Positions 11,077 through 22,126 are shown, counted from the stretch's first letter. The stretch is 64,000 nt of DNA from Thermodesulfobacteriota bacterium (GCA_039714595.1 JBDLJA010000009.1:189-64188), one strand, 5' to 3'. Numbers and translations: made by a program. The notes: generated by a model not told the origin, from the sequence alone.

Positions 11077-13287
11077 CTAAAAATCATCGCTGCTGTACGC
11101 CTCCCGCAGCCGCTCCTGGTGCCTCTCGGTACCCTTTGGCAGTTGTTTCAGCCCATACCGGGCGGCATACTCCGCCCCCATGCGATGAGTGTTGAAGATG
11201 GGGATGTTGAGGGCGATATTGTTGATACAGCGGTCCAGGTACTGCTCAAAACCCTCCTCCTTGTCGTAGAACATGTTGAGGATCTCCGGCAGCAGCTTAT
11301 AAAAGGCGTCAGCATCCTCCTGATAGAAGAGCTGGCCCTTATCTTCACTGAGGCAGGCCTGCTTGACATCGGTCTCTATGCCAAACTTCCAACCGGTCTT
11401 TCCGCCATGGTAGCCCTCCACCCACCAGCCATCCATGGTTGAGATGTTGGGGACACCGTTGATGGCCGCCTTCATGCCGCTGGTGCCACTGGCCTCCAAG
11501 GGGCGCTTGGGGCTGTTGAGCCAGGCATGCACCCCGGCCACCATCATCTTGGCAATTGCCATGTCATAGCCGGTGATGAATACCAGCTTGGCCAGGCCAT
11601 CCGTCTTGCGGTACAGCTCCTCCTGGATGCTGAGGATGTCACGGATCACCTCCTGGCCCGGTTCGTCGGCGGGATGGGCCTTGCCGGCGAAGATGAAGTT
11701 GATCGGCTTGTCCGCCTCATTAATGATGCCGCTGAGCCTCTCCAGGTCGTCGAAGATCAGGTTGGCCCGTTTGTAGGTGGAAAAGCGGCGGGCGAAGCCG
11801 ATATTTAAGACATCCGTGGCCAGGGTGCGATCCTCAAAGTCACAGAGGGAGAGGAAGTTAGGGGGGTCGATCCACGTCTCGTGCATCATGGTGCGGTGCC
11901 GGTTGAGCATGACGTTGATGTAATTTATGAGGACCTTGGTGTCTTGCTGCCACGCCTTGGTGAAGTAGGAGCGGAACTTCTTCTGGTCTATCAGCTCGCT
12001 GGCCCGGGCAAAGACTAAGGGGTCGTTCTGCCAGTTTTTTAGTTCCGGGAAACGGTCATAGAGCTTGGCCCGGTTGTCGGAGATCCAGGTGAGATGATGG
12101 ACGCCGTTGGTGACCGCGGTGATCTTATCGGCGAACTGGGGGAACTGCATCTGGGTCACCTCCTTGTGCAGCCGGCTGACACTGTTCGTGGCCCGGTTGA
12201 CCCGCATGGCAAAGGAGGTGAAGTTGAACATGGTGTGCGACTCGTCATCCTGGGCCAGGAGATGGAGGACGCGGTGACAGAAGTTGTGGCCAAACTCGCT
12301 GAACAGGGTCTTCTCGAAACGATCGTGGCCGGCCTTTACCGGGGTGTGGATGGTGTAGACCACCTGCTGGGCCACCTGGTCGGCCGCCGCTATGATGTCT
12401 TCGTCTTCGACGAGCTGTTGATACTCTTCGCCAAATTTTTCTTCCAGCACCTCGGCAATGAGATGGAGAACCACCACCACCCCATGCTGTTCATTGAGGT
12501 GGATCAGCTTTGAGGTGAATCCCAGGGCGCGCAGGGCCGGAATCACCCCGGCCCCGAGGAGGCGGCGCTGGATGATCTTATCATCGTTGCTGCGGCTCTC
12601 GTAGAGATGGCGGGCGGCCCGTTGCACCCATTTCGGGGAAGAGGGGATGGAGTAGTCCAGGAGGATCTCCGGGACAAAGTAGTCAAGGTTATGACCTATC
12701 TCCAGCTTCAACCAGACCTGGGCGTAGGTGTAGGAGACATTGTTTTTGTTGTCAAAAAAGGGGACTTCAATCTCTAAAGGGATGTCAGGGTTCTCCGGGT
12801 CGCGGATGAGGTAAAGGGTGGAGGTGGACTCCGGGGTCCAGTCCGTGGCCGTGGATATCTGGCCAATAGAGGCGTCAACTTGTTGGGAGAAGTAGCCCTT
12901 CCGGTAGAGCAGAGAGACCGCCACCACCGGCATCTTCATCTCGGCCAGGCTCTTTAAGGTGTCGCCGGCCAGGATCCCTAAGCCCCCACCATAGTTGGGG
13001 ATCTTTTCCGGGCCATGGAGGAAGCGCTTGGTGAAATGGTCAAAGACCTGATTCTTGCTGCCGGTTATCTGCAGCTCCTGCAGGTGTTTTTTCACCGGGT
13101 TATAGACGTCGATGTCAGCGCCTATCTCCATGGTGATATAGGCCACAGACTGACCGTCTGGCCCACTGAGGGCGTTCCACACCCGGTCCAGGGTCTGCTG
13201 GGAGATACCAAAAAAGGTGCCCCATTTGTTTTTGGCCACCATATCGGCAACCGCACTTTCCTGGTCAATTATAGTATACTTGCTCAT
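11077..13287 (-). CDS. glgP: Alpha-glucan (glycogen/maltodextrin) phosphorylase
   Basis: YGGGLGILAGD, HLNEQH, YTIHTP, FARRFSTYKRA, FAGKAHPAD and the PLP-lysine motif EASGTSGMKAAING. Confidence 0.92.
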   Translation of the reverse strand: MSKYTIIDQESAVADMVAKNKWGTFFGISQQTLDRVWNALSGPDGQSVAYITMEIGADIDVYNPVKKHLQELQITGSKNQVFDHFTKRFLHGPEKIPNYGGGLGILAGDTLKSLAEMKMPVVAVSLLYRKGYFSQQVDASIGQISTATDWTPESTSTLYLIRDPENPDIPLEIEVPFFDNKNNVSYTYAQVWLKLEIGHNLDYFVPEILLDYSIPSSPKWVQRAARHLYESRSNDDKIIQRRLLGAGVIPALRALGFTSKLIHLNEQHGVVVVLHLIAEVLEEKFGEEYQQLVEDEDIIAAADQVAQQVVYTIHTPVKAGHDRFEKTLFSEFGHNFCHRVLHLLAQDDESHTMFNFTSFAMRVNRATNSVSRLHKEVTQMQFPQFADKITAVTNGVHHLTWISDNRAKLYDRFPELKNWQNDPLVFARASELIDQKKFRSYFTKAWQQDTKVLINYINVMLNRHRTMMHETWIDPPNFLSLCDFEDRTLATDVLNIGFARRFSTYKRANLIFDDLERLSGIINEADKPINFIFAGKAHPADEPGQEVIRDILSIQEELYRKTDGLAKLVFITGYDMAIAKMMVAGVHAWLNSPKRPLEASGTSGMKAAINGVPNISTMDGWWVEGYHGGKTGWKFGIETDVKQACLSEDKGQLFYQEDADAFYKLLPEILNMFYDKEEGFEQYLDRCINNIALNIPIFNTHRMGAEYAARYGLKQLPKGTERHQERLREAYSSDDF

Positions 13288-13664
13288 TTACTGGCCTCGG
13301 ACGCCCCGGGGACGCCTTGATGGTTGGTTGCTTGGGCTGAATAAATCATCATCTTCGCTTATCAGGCAATATGGCCCTGAAAAGGAATTTAATTATAGTC
13401 GGGCGGGTTGATTTTTGGCAAAAAAATATTCGTTCAGAATGTTAAGAATTTCAGGATGATGATTTGTTTTTTTGAAATTATAGGTTATTATAGCAATTTG
13501 AAATTTTATGGATATAATTTTTCAACTGTTGTATAAAGCAGCAATTTTAACCTGAGAGCCTGTCCCATATTGCGGGGGTGATGGGGGCCAAGTTGGTACA
13601 GCCTCTTCAATACATGTCAGGGCTTTTAATAAAGAAAGCCCGACGCTAACAAGGAGAAATTCTT

Positions 13665-14249
13665 ATGAATGGTAAGATGATTAAGATGTTGTGTGTTGCT
13701 GGTCTGATGGCCTCCCTGCCGCTACTTTCCACCGGCTGTGCCAAAAAAACAGTGGCTCCTGAAGAGGATGCGAACCAGGCGATTATCGAGCCTGCCGCCA
13801 CCGATGATGGAGTTGAAGTAGCCGATACTGGGGATAGTGCAGGTGACCTTGAATCAGTCGCCGGTGAAGCGGGTGATGTTGCGGGCACGGCCTACGCCAT
13901 TGTTGAGGGCCGGACCCACGAGGGTCTGCTGCCGGTTTATTTTGATTTTGATCAATCCGTCATCCGGGCTGATCAGCAGGATCGCCTCTCCGGCAATGTT
14001 GCCTTTCTCCAGGCCAACCCCACCCTTAATCTGACCATTGAAGGCAACAGTGATGAGCGTGGTACCAATGAGTACAACGTCGCCCTGGGCGAGAAAAGGG
14101 CTCAGAGTGCCAAAAAGTATTTGATCGACCTTGGTGTTGATGGCAGCCGCCTGAGCACCGTGAGCTATGGCGAAGAGAAGCCTCTGCTCTTTGGCCATGA
14201 TGAGTATTCCTGGTCCCAGAATCGTCGTGACGATTTTGTTATCAACTAG
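13665..14249 (+). CDS. pal: Peptidoglycan-associated lipoprotein
   Basis: Lipobox LSTGC and OmpA-like domain (VYFDFD, EGNSDERGTNEYNVALGEKRA, SYGEEKP, NRRDDF). Confidence 0.95.
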   Translation: MNGKMIKMLCVAGLMASLPLLSTGCAKKTVAPEEDANQAIIEPAATDDGVEVADTGDSAGDLESVAGEAGDVAGTAYAIVEGRTHEGLLPVYFDFDQSVIRADQQDRLSGNVAFLQANPTLNLTIEGNSDERGTNEYNVALGEKRAQSAKKYLIDLGVDGSRLSTVSYGEEKPLLFGHDEYSWSQNRRDDFVIN

Positions 14250-14274
14250 AGATTAGGCCAGTAGTTGTAATAAG

Positions 14275-14305
14275 AAAGCCAGGGTTAACCACCCTGGCTT
14301 TTTTT
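14275..14305 (+). terminator. Rho-independent terminator after pal
   Basis: AAAGCCAGGG/CCCTGGCTTT stem followed by a T7 tract. Confidence 0.85.
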
Positions 14306-14396
14306 GTTGGCCGCTGTTAAGCTGACCTGAGGTTAGCGGTTAGGGGTATTTCCATCTCTTAAACTAAATACATTTCATGACTTAGGGAGTTTTTTT

Positions 14397-14942
14397 ATGA
14401 ATTTTGTCCGTAAGCTTAATGTTCTGACTCTTGTTTTTGTCGTTGCCCTTGCCTGGCTTGCTCCGGGCGCGGTTATGGCGGCTGAGACCAAGATTGGTTT
14501 TGTCTCCATTCAGAAGGTTCTCTTTGGCAGCAAGGGTGGTGCCGCTGCCCGGGAAAAACTGCAGGCCAAAGAGAAGAAACTGATGGCCAGCCTGGAGAGT
14601 GATCTGGCGGCAGGCAAGAAACTGCAAGAGGAGATTGCCAAAAAACAGTCTGTCTGGTCGGCGGAGAAGCTGGCGGAAAAGCGGCGGGAACTTGCCAAAC
14701 TGGGCCGTGATGTTGAGCTGAAAAAGGAAGACGCCCAGTATGAGGTGGTTGAACTACGGAAAAAACTTCTTAATCCCATTTTGGAGAAGCTCGATCCCCT
14801 CCTCAAGGAGTATGGGACTAAAGGCGGTTACGACATAATCATGGACGCGGATGTCGCCTCACGCAGCGGCCTCATCGTCTACGGCAAGCCGTCCCTGGAT
14901 ATAACCAAGGATCTGGTGAAGAAGCTCAATGAGAAGTTGTAG
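14397..14942 (+). CDS. skp: OmpH/Skp outer membrane chaperone
   Basis: Signal peptide, KIGFVSIQKVL, long helical coiled coil, LDITKDLVKKLN. Confidence 0.9.
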   Translation: MNFVRKLNVLTLVFVVALAWLAPGAVMAAETKIGFVSIQKVLFGSKGGAAAREKLQAKEKKLMASLESDLAAGKKLQEEIAKKQSVWSAEKLAEKRRELAKLGRDVELKKEDAQYEVVELRKKLLNPILEKLDPLLKEYGTKGGYDIIMDADVASRSGLIVYGKPSLDITKDLVKKLNEKL

Positions 14943-14960
14943 CTTGTAAGATTTAGCTGT

Positions 14961-15021
14961 GTCAGACAAAAAGAAAGGCCGTTTCTCCTCACGGGGGAAA
15001 CGGCCTTTCTTTTTGTCTGAC
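14961..15021. terminator. Very long bidirectional terminator hairpin between skp and dxs
   Basis: 28-bp stem GTCAGACAAAAAGAAAGGCCGTTTCTCC with its complement (one G.U) and a 5-nt loop. Confidence 0.8.
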
Positions 15022-15027
15022 GAAGTC

Positions 15028-16914
15028 TCAGCCCTGCTGGACCATGGCCATGGCCGAATTAATAATGGCGGGGGTGTCAACCCGGCCCAGGTGCCACAGG
15101 GTTTCCTGACTGCCATGTTCCATGAATTTATCCGGCAGGCCCAGGAGTTTTACGGGGATATGCAGCTGGCGGTGGGCCAGAAGCTCCAGGACGGCTGAAC
15201 CAAAGCCGCCCTTTTTAACATTGTCCTCAATGGTGAGAACCCGGCCGGTGCGGCTGGCCCAGCTGCTGATCAGGTCGCCATCCAAGGGGTTGACGAAGCG
15301 GGGGTTGATAACCGCGGCGTCTATGCCCACCTTGGCCAGCCCCTCCGCCGCCTCCAGGGCGGGGTAGACCCGGTTGCCCACCGGCAGGAGGAGGATATCG
15401 TCACCTTCCCGCAGCAGCTCCCCTTTGCCGTAGGGGATCTTGGTGAATTCCTTGGCCATTTCCACCCCTTCCCCTCTGCCCCGGCAGTAGCGGACCACGG
15501 CGGGCCCTGGCATGAAGATCGCGGTGTAAAGCATCTGCTGGAGCTCCTCTTCGTCCTTGGGGACCATAATCACCATATTGGGAATGAAGCGGAAGAAGGA
15601 GAGGTCAAAAACGCCGTGATGGGTGGGGCCGTCGTCACCCACTATGCCGCCGCGATCCACGGCAAAGGTCACCGGCAGGTTGGGCAGGCAGACGTCATGG
15701 ATTACCTGGTCCAGGGCCCGCTGGAAAAAGGTGGAGTAGATGGCCACCACCGGCAGGATGCCCTCGGTGGCCAGGCCGGCGGCAAAGGTAACGGCGTGTT
15801 GTTCGGCAATGCCCACGTCAAAAAAACGGTCAGCAAAACTGTCGGCGAACTTGGTCAGCCCGGTGCCGGCCGGCATGGCGGCGGTGATGGCGGCAACGCG
15901 CGGGTCTTCCTCGGCCAACTGGATCATGGTGTCGCCGAACACCTCGGTATAGGAGGGGGCGCCAGGGGTGCTGGGCAGCGATTTGCCGGTGACCTTGTCA
16001 AAGGGGCCCACCCCGTGATAGGAGCCGGGATTCTTCTCGGCCGGTTCATAACCCTTGCCCTTGGTGGTGCAGACATGGATCAGCACCGGGCCGCTGGAGA
16101 GGTCGCGGACATTGGTCAGGGTGTCAATGAGGGTCTCGATATTGTGGCCGCGGATGGGGCCGATATACTCAAATTTGAGGGCCTCAAAGAGCATGCCCGG
16201 GGTGAAAAAACCCTTGAGGCTCTCCTCGCTCTTCTTGAGGACCTGGAGGATGTTCTCGCCAACGCCGTGAAATCCTTTGAGAAAATGTTCCATGTCCCGC
16301 TTGAAACGGACCATGGTCTTACCGGTGAGCTTGCGGCTTAAGAAGCTGGACATGGCGCCCACATTGGGCGAGATGGACATCTCGTTGTCGTTTAGGATAA
16401 CGATCAGGTCCTTGCCCAGATGGCCGGCCTGGTTCAGGGCCTCAAAGGCCATGCCGCCGGTCATGGAGCCGTCACCGATCACGGCGATGGTCTTGGCCGT
16501 ATCGCCCTTTAGGTATTTGGCCAGGGAGATGCCCAGGCTGGCGGAGATGGAGGTGGAGCTGTGGCCGGTGTCAAAGGCGTCATAGGGGCTCTCGTCCCGC
16601 TTGGGAAAACCGCTGATTCCTTTATACTGGCGCAGGGTGTGGAACTGGTCGCGGCGGCCGGTGATCAGTTTGTGGGCGTAGACCTGATGGCCCACATCCC
16701 AGACCAGTTTGTCCTCCGGGGTGTTGAAGACGTAATGGAGCGCCAGGGTAAGCTCCACCACCCCCAGGCCCGGGGCCAGGTGGCCGCCGGTCTCGGCAAC
16801 GGTGTCAATGATGCGCTGCCTGATCTCTTCGGCCAGCTGCGGCAGGTGGCTGGGGGCAATCTTGCGCAGATCAACGGGTGAATCGATATTGTCCAGTAGC
16901 GGGGTAGTGGTCAT
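15028..16914 (-). CDS. dxs: 1-deoxy-D-xylulose-5-phosphate synthase
   Basis: [37 protein letters not shown] motif, [17 protein letters not shown]. Confidence 0.98.
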   Translation of the reverse strand: MTTTPLLDNIDSPVDLRKIAPSHLPQLAEEIRQRIIDTVAETGGHLAPGLGVVELTLALHYVFNTPEDKLVWDVGHQVYAHKLITGRRDQFHTLRQYKGISGFPKRDESPYDAFDTGHSSTSISASLGISLAKYLKGDTAKTIAVIGDGSMTGGMAFEALNQAGHLGKDLIVILNDNEMSISPNVGAMSSFLSRKLTGKTMVRFKRDMEHFLKGFHGVGENILQVLKKSEESLKGFFTPGMLFEALKFEYIGPIRGHNIETLIDTLTNVRDLSSGPVLIHVCTTKGKGYEPAEKNPGSYHGVGPFDKVTGKSLPSTPGAPSYTEVFGDTMIQLAEEDPRVAAITAAMPAGTGLTKFADSFADRFFDVGIAEQHAVTFAAGLATEGILPVVAIYSTFFQRALDQVIHDVCLPNLPVTFAVDRGGIVGDDGPTHHGVFDLSFFRFIPNMVIMVPKDEEELQQMLYTAIFMPGPAVVRYCRGRGEGVEMAKEFTKIPYGKGELLREGDDILLLPVGNRVYPALEAAEGLAKVGIDAAVINPRFVNPLDGDLISSWASRTGRVLTIEDNVKKGGFGSAVLELLAHRQLHIPVKLLGLPDKFMEHGSQETLWHLGRVDTPAIINSAMAMVQQG

Positions 16915-16920
16915 CGTCTC

Positions 16921-17811
16921 TTAGCGTTTCCGGTAATATATATAGTTGGCCAACTCCCTTAGGGGGTCGGACTTGGCGTCAAAGGAGGAGAGGGCGGCCA
17001 CGGCGCTGGCCACGGCCTCTTTGGCCTTTTTATGGGTCTCTTCCAGGCCGAAATAGCTGGGGTAGGTGGCCTTGTCCAGTTCCGCGTCAGAGCCAGCCTT
17101 CTTGCCCAGCTGCTCGGTGGTTGACTCCACGTTAAGGATGTCATCCACTATCTGAAAGGCGAGACCGATCTGCTTGCCGTAGCTGGTGAGCGCCTCATAC
17201 TGTCCTTGATCGGCCTGGCCCAGGATACCCCCCATCTGGACGGCCGCGGTGATAAGGGCGCCGGTCTTGCAGCTGTGGAGGAGGCGCAGGGTGGCAAAGG
17301 GGATATCCTTGCCCTCTGAATCGATGTCCAGGGCCTGGCCGCCAACCATGCCTAAGGAACCGGCCGAGCGGGCCAGGACATTGATAATCCGTAGTTGCCT
17401 GTCGCTGTCAAGCTGCTTGGCCAGTTCGGGGGAGGAGAGCAGGTCAAAGGCGAAGGTGAGGAGGCCGTCACCGGCCAGGATGGCCTGGGCCTCGCCATGG
17501 ACCACATGGTTGGTCGGTTTTCCCCGGCGCAGCTCATCATTATCCATGGCCGGCAGGTCGTCGTGGATCAGGGAGTAGGTGTGAATGCACTCCAGGCTGA
17601 TGGCCACCTCCATAAATGGCCTGGGGTCATGGCCCAGGGCCTCACAGGCGGCCAGGCAGAGGATGGGGCGCACCCTCTTGCCGCCGGCAAACAGCGAGTA
17701 GCGCATGGCCTCCATGTGGGGGGCCAGCTCACCTTGGGCCGGGAGCATGAGGCGGTCCATGGCCGTCTCGACGATCTCCCGCTTGTCCTGAAGGTAGGCC
17801 TTAAGATCCAT
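16921..17811 (-). CDS. ispA: Polyprenyl (farnesyl) diphosphate synthase
   Basis: [31 protein letters not shown] and FQIVDD motifs. Start trimmed to MDLKAY at 17811. Confidence 0.95.
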   Translation of the reverse strand: MDLKAYLQDKREIVETAMDRLMLPAQGELAPHMEAMRYSLFAGGKRVRPILCLAACEALGHDPRPFMEVAISLECIHTYSLIHDDLPAMDNDELRRGKPTNHVVHGEAQAILAGDGLLTFAFDLLSSPELAKQLDSDRQLRIINVLARSAGSLGMVGGQALDIDSEGKDIPFATLRLLHSCKTGALITAAVQMGGILGQADQGQYEALTSYGKQIGLAFQIVDDILNVESTTEQLGKKAGSDAELDKATYPSYFGLEETHKKAKEAVASAVAALSSFDAKSDPLRELANYIYYRKR

Positions 17812-18037
17812 TGTCATCGCTGGTGGCAAAGGGGGTCTCGTCCATTTCCCCATCCTTTTCAAGGAGCATGTTGACCTTCTGCTGGGACTCTTCCAGCCTT
17901 TTATTGCAGAAATCAGCCAGCTTAATGCCTTCGTCAAACTTCTTCAGGCTGGCCTCCAGGCTCAACTCGCCATTCTCCAGTTCCTGGGTGATCGCTTCCA
18001 GCTTCTGCATGGCGTCTTCAAATGTTTTTCTGGCCAT
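17801..18037 (-). CDS. xseB: Exodeoxyribonuclease VII small subunit
   Basis: [33 protein letters not shown]; the usual xseB-ispA-dxs order. Confidence 0.95.
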   Translation of the reverse strand: MARKTFEDAMQKLEAITQELENGELSLEASLKKFDEGIKLADFCNKRLEESQQKVNMLLEKDGEMDETPFATSDDNGS

Positions 18038-18273
18038 GGTGCCTCGTTCCCATAGGCTAAGGGAGGGTGATTTTAAAAAAAAATCATCTTAAAGGAAAGC
18101 ATATTAATGGGCAATGGCTTTCCAAAAAAACATGGTCAGAGACGGCTTCCTGCGGTAGATATTCTTTTAAATTCGCTGTTTAGGTTGGCGGCACTGATTC
18201 CGCTTGACCCAGAGTGGGCAGCTTCTGGGGCGCGGTGAAAAAAGATGGCCGGCAGGAAAGGGGAGAAAGAGAA

Positions 18274-19179
18274 ATGGCGCGCGGCTTGGATTATCTCAAT
18301 GACTTCAAGGATTGGCTCCAGGTGGAGAAGGGTTACTCCCCCCACACCGTGGTGAGTTACGGCCGTGATGTCACTGAGTTTTTTTTGTTTGCTGGTGAGG
18401 ATGTAGAGTTAGGCCAGCTGACGGCGGCTCAGGTGCGGGCCTGGGTCTATGAGCTCAATGGCCGCAACAAGGCCAACTCGGTGGCCCGCAAGATCTCGGC
18501 CCTGCGCACCTTTTTCTTCTTTCTGGTCCGCCGTGGTTTGCTGGCCGCGGATCCCACCGCCTCTGTCACCATGCCGAAGCAGGGCCGGCACATGCCTGTT
18601 TTCCTCTCGGTGGATGAGGTGTTCCTCCTCCTTGACGAGCCGGGGCCGACGGATCGTTTCCAGGCCCGGGACCGGGCGATCCTGGAGATGCTTTACTCCA
18701 CCGGCATGCGGGTGGCGGAAATCAGTGATCTTGACCTGGTCAGCCTTGATTTCGATACAGAAATGGTTACGGTAGTTGGCAAAGGTAGCAAGGAGAGGCT
18801 GGTGCCCATGGGCAGCCAGGCCCAGGCCGCCCTGCACGGCTATATGAATCAGCGCCAGCAGATTTTGAGCAAACGGCTGGCCGCTGATAAACCGGTGACC
18901 CCCAACGCCCTCTTTGTCAATAATCGGGGGGGGCGCCTCTCCGTGCGTTCCATCGAGAGGATGGTCAAGGGCTACGGCGAGCGGGCGGGACTCTCTCTGC
19001 CGGTTACCCCCCACGCCCTGCGCCACTCCTTTGCCACCCATCTCCTGGAGATGGGGGCGGATCTCCGGGTTGTCCAGGAGCTCCTGGGCCATGCCAGCCT
19101 CTCCACCACCCAGAGATATACCCACCTGGCCATTGATCATCTCATGGCGGTCTATGACAAGGCCCACCCCAAGGCGTGA
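18274..19179 (+). CDS. xerC: Tyrosine recombinase XerC
   Basis: R..H..R/H..Y residues (TGMRVAE, TPHALRHSFATHLL, LLGHASLSTTQRYTH); xerC-hslV-hslU context. Confidence 0.92.
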   Translation: MARGLDYLNDFKDWLQVEKGYSPHTVVSYGRDVTEFFLFAGEDVELGQLTAAQVRAWVYELNGRNKANSVARKISALRTFFFFLVRRGLLAADPTASVTMPKQGRHMPVFLSVDEVFLLLDEPGPTDRFQARDRAILEMLYSTGMRVAEISDLDLVSLDFDTEMVTVVGKGSKERLVPMGSQAQAALHGYMNQRQQILSKRLAADKPVTPNALFVNNRGGRLSVRSIERMVKGYGERAGLSLPVTPHALRHSFATHLLEMGADLRVVQELLGHASLSTTQRYTHLAIDHLMAVYDKAHPKA

Positions 19180-19320
19180 GTTGGTCCGCAGTGGTGGGGA
19201 GGATGGTCTGGGGCCTGGAAAGCAAAAAAATGGCTGAGCCGCCCTTTGCAAAGGTGTTTTGAATTTAAAATAAAATCTGCTTATCAATGAGATTTAGCCA
19301 ATGATATGCGCTCCTTTAAA

Positions 19321-19385
19321 TTTGCCACGGAATCCCCGGAATGTTTTTCCTCAATTTCCATGTCTTCCGTGGATTCTGTGGCAAA
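19321..19385. repeat. REP-like palindrome, TTTGCCACGGA family, copy 2
   Basis: Arms TTTGCCACGGAATCCCCGGAA and TTCCGTGGATTCTGTGGCAAA around a 23-nt spacer. Confidence 0.85.
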
Positions 19386-19467
19386 TCGCTTCTCGTTAAC
19401 CTGAAAATCGGTCAGCCAAGAGAATTTTGCTTTTGTCGCTTGGTGATCACAAAATAGTAAGAAAAAA

Positions 19468-19998
19468 ATGAAAATACGATCCACAACCATAGTCTGTGTC
19501 CGCCATAAGGGCGAGGTGGTGATGGCCGGTGACGGCCAGGTCTCTTTAGGCAATACGGTGATGAAGCATGAGGCGCGCAAGGTGCGGCGCCTCTTTAATG
19601 ACAAGGTGGTCACCGGTTTTGCCGGGGCCACGGCCGACGCCTTTACCCTCTTTGATAAGCTGGAGCAGAAGCTGGAGCAGTTCAACGGCAACCTGATGCG
19701 CGCCTCGGTGGAGCTGGCCAAGGATTGGCGGACCGACAAGATGCTCAGGCGCCTGGAGGCGATGCTCATTGCCGCTGATCAGGACTACTCCCTGCTCCTC
19801 ACCGGCAACGGCGATGTGATAGAGTCTGATGACGGTATCCTGGCCATCGGTTCCGGTGGCCCTTACGCCCAGGCCGCGGCCAAGGCCCTGGTCCAGCACA
19901 GTGAGCTGAGTGCGGCCCAGGTCTGTCAGTCCGCCATGGAGATTGCCGCCTCCATCTGCGTCTACACCAACTCCAATATTGTGGTTGAAAAGATATGA
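19468..19998 (+). CDS. hslV: ATP-dependent protease subunit HslV
   Basis: [30 protein letters not shown] and ICVYTN motifs. Confidence 0.97.
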   Translation: MKIRSTTIVCVRHKGEVVMAGDGQVSLGNTVMKHEARKVRRLFNDKVVTGFAGATADAFTLFDKLEQKLEQFNGNLMRASVELAKDWRTDKMLRRLEAMLIAADQDYSLLLTGNGDVIESDDGILAIGSGGPYAQAAAKALVQHSELSAAQVCQSAMEIAASICVYTNSNIVVEKI

Positions 19999-21356
19999 AA
20001 GATAACACGCCCTTAACCCCAAGGGAGATCGTTGAGCGCCTTGACAGCTACATCATTGGCCAGCACTCGGCCAAGCGTCTGGTGGCCGTTGCCCTGCGTA
20101 ACCGCTGGCGCCGCCAGCAGGTGCCGCTGCCCCTGCGCGATGAGATCGCCCCCAAGAACATCATCATGATCGGTCCCACCGGCGTCGGCAAGACCGAGAT
20201 TGCCCGGCGGCTGGCCCATCTGGACCGTTCCCCCTTCCTCAAGGTGGAGGCCACCAAGTTCACCGAGGTGGGTTATGTGGGCCGCGACGTGGAGTCGATG
20301 ATCCGTGATCTTATGGAGCTTGCCATTGGCCTGGTCAAGGAGGAGGAGGCCTCTGCCATGGCCGATAAGGCTAAGGGTGCGGCCCGGGAGCGGATCCTCG
20401 ATCTCCTTGTTCCCCCCTCGCCCCAGGCCACGCCGGGCCCAGAGGAGGGCGGTCAGCAGCAGGTGGAGTCATCCACCCGGGAAAAATTTAAACAGATGCT
20501 GGAGAGTGGCAAGCTCGACGAGCGTAAGGTGGAGGTCCAGGTGGAACAGGCCCAGGCCATGCCCATGGTGGAGGTCCTCTCCTCTGGCGGTATGGATGAC
20601 ATGGGTAGTTCCATGAAGGATATGTTCTCCAAGATATTTCCCAAGAAGAGTAACCGCCAGACCATGAAGGTGAAGGACGCTTTAGTCTACCTGGAGAAGG
20701 AGGAGGCGGAAAAGTTGGTGGACATGGAGAAGGTTACCAGGCTTGCCACCCGGCGGGTGGAGGAGACCGGAATCATCTTCCTCGATGAGATCGATAAAAT
20801 CGCCTCCCGCGGCGCCGGCGGTCAGTCCAGCGGCGAGGTGTCCCGGGAGGGGGTGCAGCGCGATCTGCTGCCCATTGTCGAGGGCTCCACCGTCACCACC
20901 AAGTATGGCATGGTGAAGACCGATCACATACTTTTCATCGCCAGCGGCGCCTTCCACGTCAGCAAGCCCTCTGACCTGGTGCCGGAGCTGCAGGGCCGTT
21001 TTCCGGTCCGGGTGGAGCTTGACGCCCTGGGCGAGGATGAGTTCTACCGTATCCTCACCGAGCCGCAGAACGCCCTGGTGCGCCAGTACATCGCCCTGCT
21101 GGCCACCGAGGGGATGGATCTCACCTTCACCGATGAGGCGATTCGGGCCATGGCGAGGATGGCGGCCGAGGTGAATATGAAGACGGAGAATATCGGGGCC
21201 CGGCGCCTCCATACCATCCTGGAGCGTCTCCTTGAGGAGCTCTCCTTTGACGCCGCCGAGCGTGAGGAATCGGCCTTTACCGTTACCGATGATTATGTCG
21301 CAGACCAGCTCACCGACATCTCCGCCGATGAGGACCTGAGTCGCTATATCTTGTAA
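19995..21356 (+). CDS. hslU: ATP-dependent protease ATPase subunit HslU
   Basis: [40 protein letters not shown] and NIGARRL; ATGA overlap with hslV. Confidence 0.98.
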   Translation: MKDNTPLTPREIVERLDSYIIGQHSAKRLVAVALRNRWRRQQVPLPLRDEIAPKNIIMIGPTGVGKTEIARRLAHLDRSPFLKVEATKFTEVGYVGRDVESMIRDLMELAIGLVKEEEASAMADKAKGAARERILDLLVPPSPQATPGPEEGGQQQVESSTREKFKQMLESGKLDERKVEVQVEQAQAMPMVEVLSSGGMDDMGSSMKDMFSKIFPKKSNRQTMKVKDALVYLEKEEAEKLVDMEKVTRLATRRVEETGIIFLDEIDKIASRGAGGQSSGEVSREGVQRDLLPIVEGSTVTTKYGMVKTDHILFIASGAFHVSKPSDLVPELQGRFPVRVELDALGEDEFYRILTEPQNALVRQYIALLATEGMDLTFTDEAIRAMARMAAEVNMKTENIGARRLHTILERLLEELSFDAAEREESAFTVTDDYVADQLTDISADEDLSRYIL

Positions 21357-21435
21357 CCCGTTGTCGGGCCGCGAACCCTGGCACAAAGGGCCTGCTATCG
21401 ACAATTAATTAAAGAAAAGTAAAAAAAATAAAAAA

Positions 21436-21957
21436 ATGTATGACGACGACTTGAAGTACTGTCCCCAGTGTCATGATGAGTATCGAGCCGAGATAGAGAG
21501 CTGCGCCGCCTGTGGCCTTCTTCTCTTGCCCGGGGCCGAGATGGCCGCCCTGGGGCGGCAGGAGCAGGCCCAGGTGCAGGCCCGTAAGGGTGAGTTGCGG
21601 GATGACGATGAGATAATCACCATCCATAAAGGCGGCCTGGCCGAACTGCGTCACCTTGAGAAGGTCTTTAAGGCCGAGAATATCGGCGTGATCATCATGG
21701 GGGATCAGCCGGCCGGCTGCCAGCAGGGCTGCTGCCCCACCGACTACTATCTCCAGGTGCGCAAGGAGGACGGGATGGCCGCCGTTGCCCTTATCCGGGC
21801 GGAGTTTCACAAGGCCACGGCCCTGGACTCCCATGATCTGGACCATGTGGATCAGGTCTTTAACAGTGATGCCAGCCATGCCACCTGCCCGGCCTGCGGC
21901 TTTGAGTTTGAGACCTCCACCACGATCTGCCCCGACTGCGGCCTCTGCTTCGGGTAA
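21436..21957 (+). CDS. Conserved hypothetical protein with N- and C-terminal zinc ribbons
   Basis: CPQC..CAAC at the N-terminus, CPAC..CPDC at the C-terminus, central GCQQGCC. Confidence 0.8.
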   Translation: MYDDDLKYCPQCHDEYRAEIESCAACGLLLLPGAEMAALGRQEQAQVQARKGELRDDDEIITIHKGGLAELRHLEKVFKAENIGVIIMGDQPAGCQQGCCPTDYYLQVRKEDGMAAVALIRAEFHKATALDSHDLDHVDQVFNSDASHATCPACGFEFETSTTICPDCGLCFG

Positions 21958-21978
21958 AAAGGGCGGCAGCGGCCCATC

Positions 21979-22038
21979 TTCGCCCCCCTGCCGCCGCTTA
22001 CATACCTGCAGTATGCTGCGCGGCGGCAGGGGGGCGAA
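21979..22038. repeat. GC-rich palindrome / terminator between convergent genes
   Basis: Perfect 19-bp stem TTCGCCCCCCTGCCGCCGC/GCGGCGGCAGGGGGGCGAA with an inner CATAC/GTATG stem. Confidence 0.75.
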
Positions 22039-22126
22039 TCTGCACCACTGACACCCTTTTTACATCCGCAGGCGTACTGTTATAGAGCTTGCTGGCGTGG
22101 GGGGGCGGCGGTAATCCAGGAGGGGG

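Noticed and set aside
13470-13510. Possible dif site given xerC in the window
   Set aside because: Only a weak resemblance to the XerD arm and no XerC arm; it is more likely AT-rich promoter DNA.
18274-19179. Tyrosine recombinase as a phage or island integrase
   Set aside because: Its size and its xerC-hslV-hslU context fit chromosomal XerC; there is no att site, tRNA or cargo.
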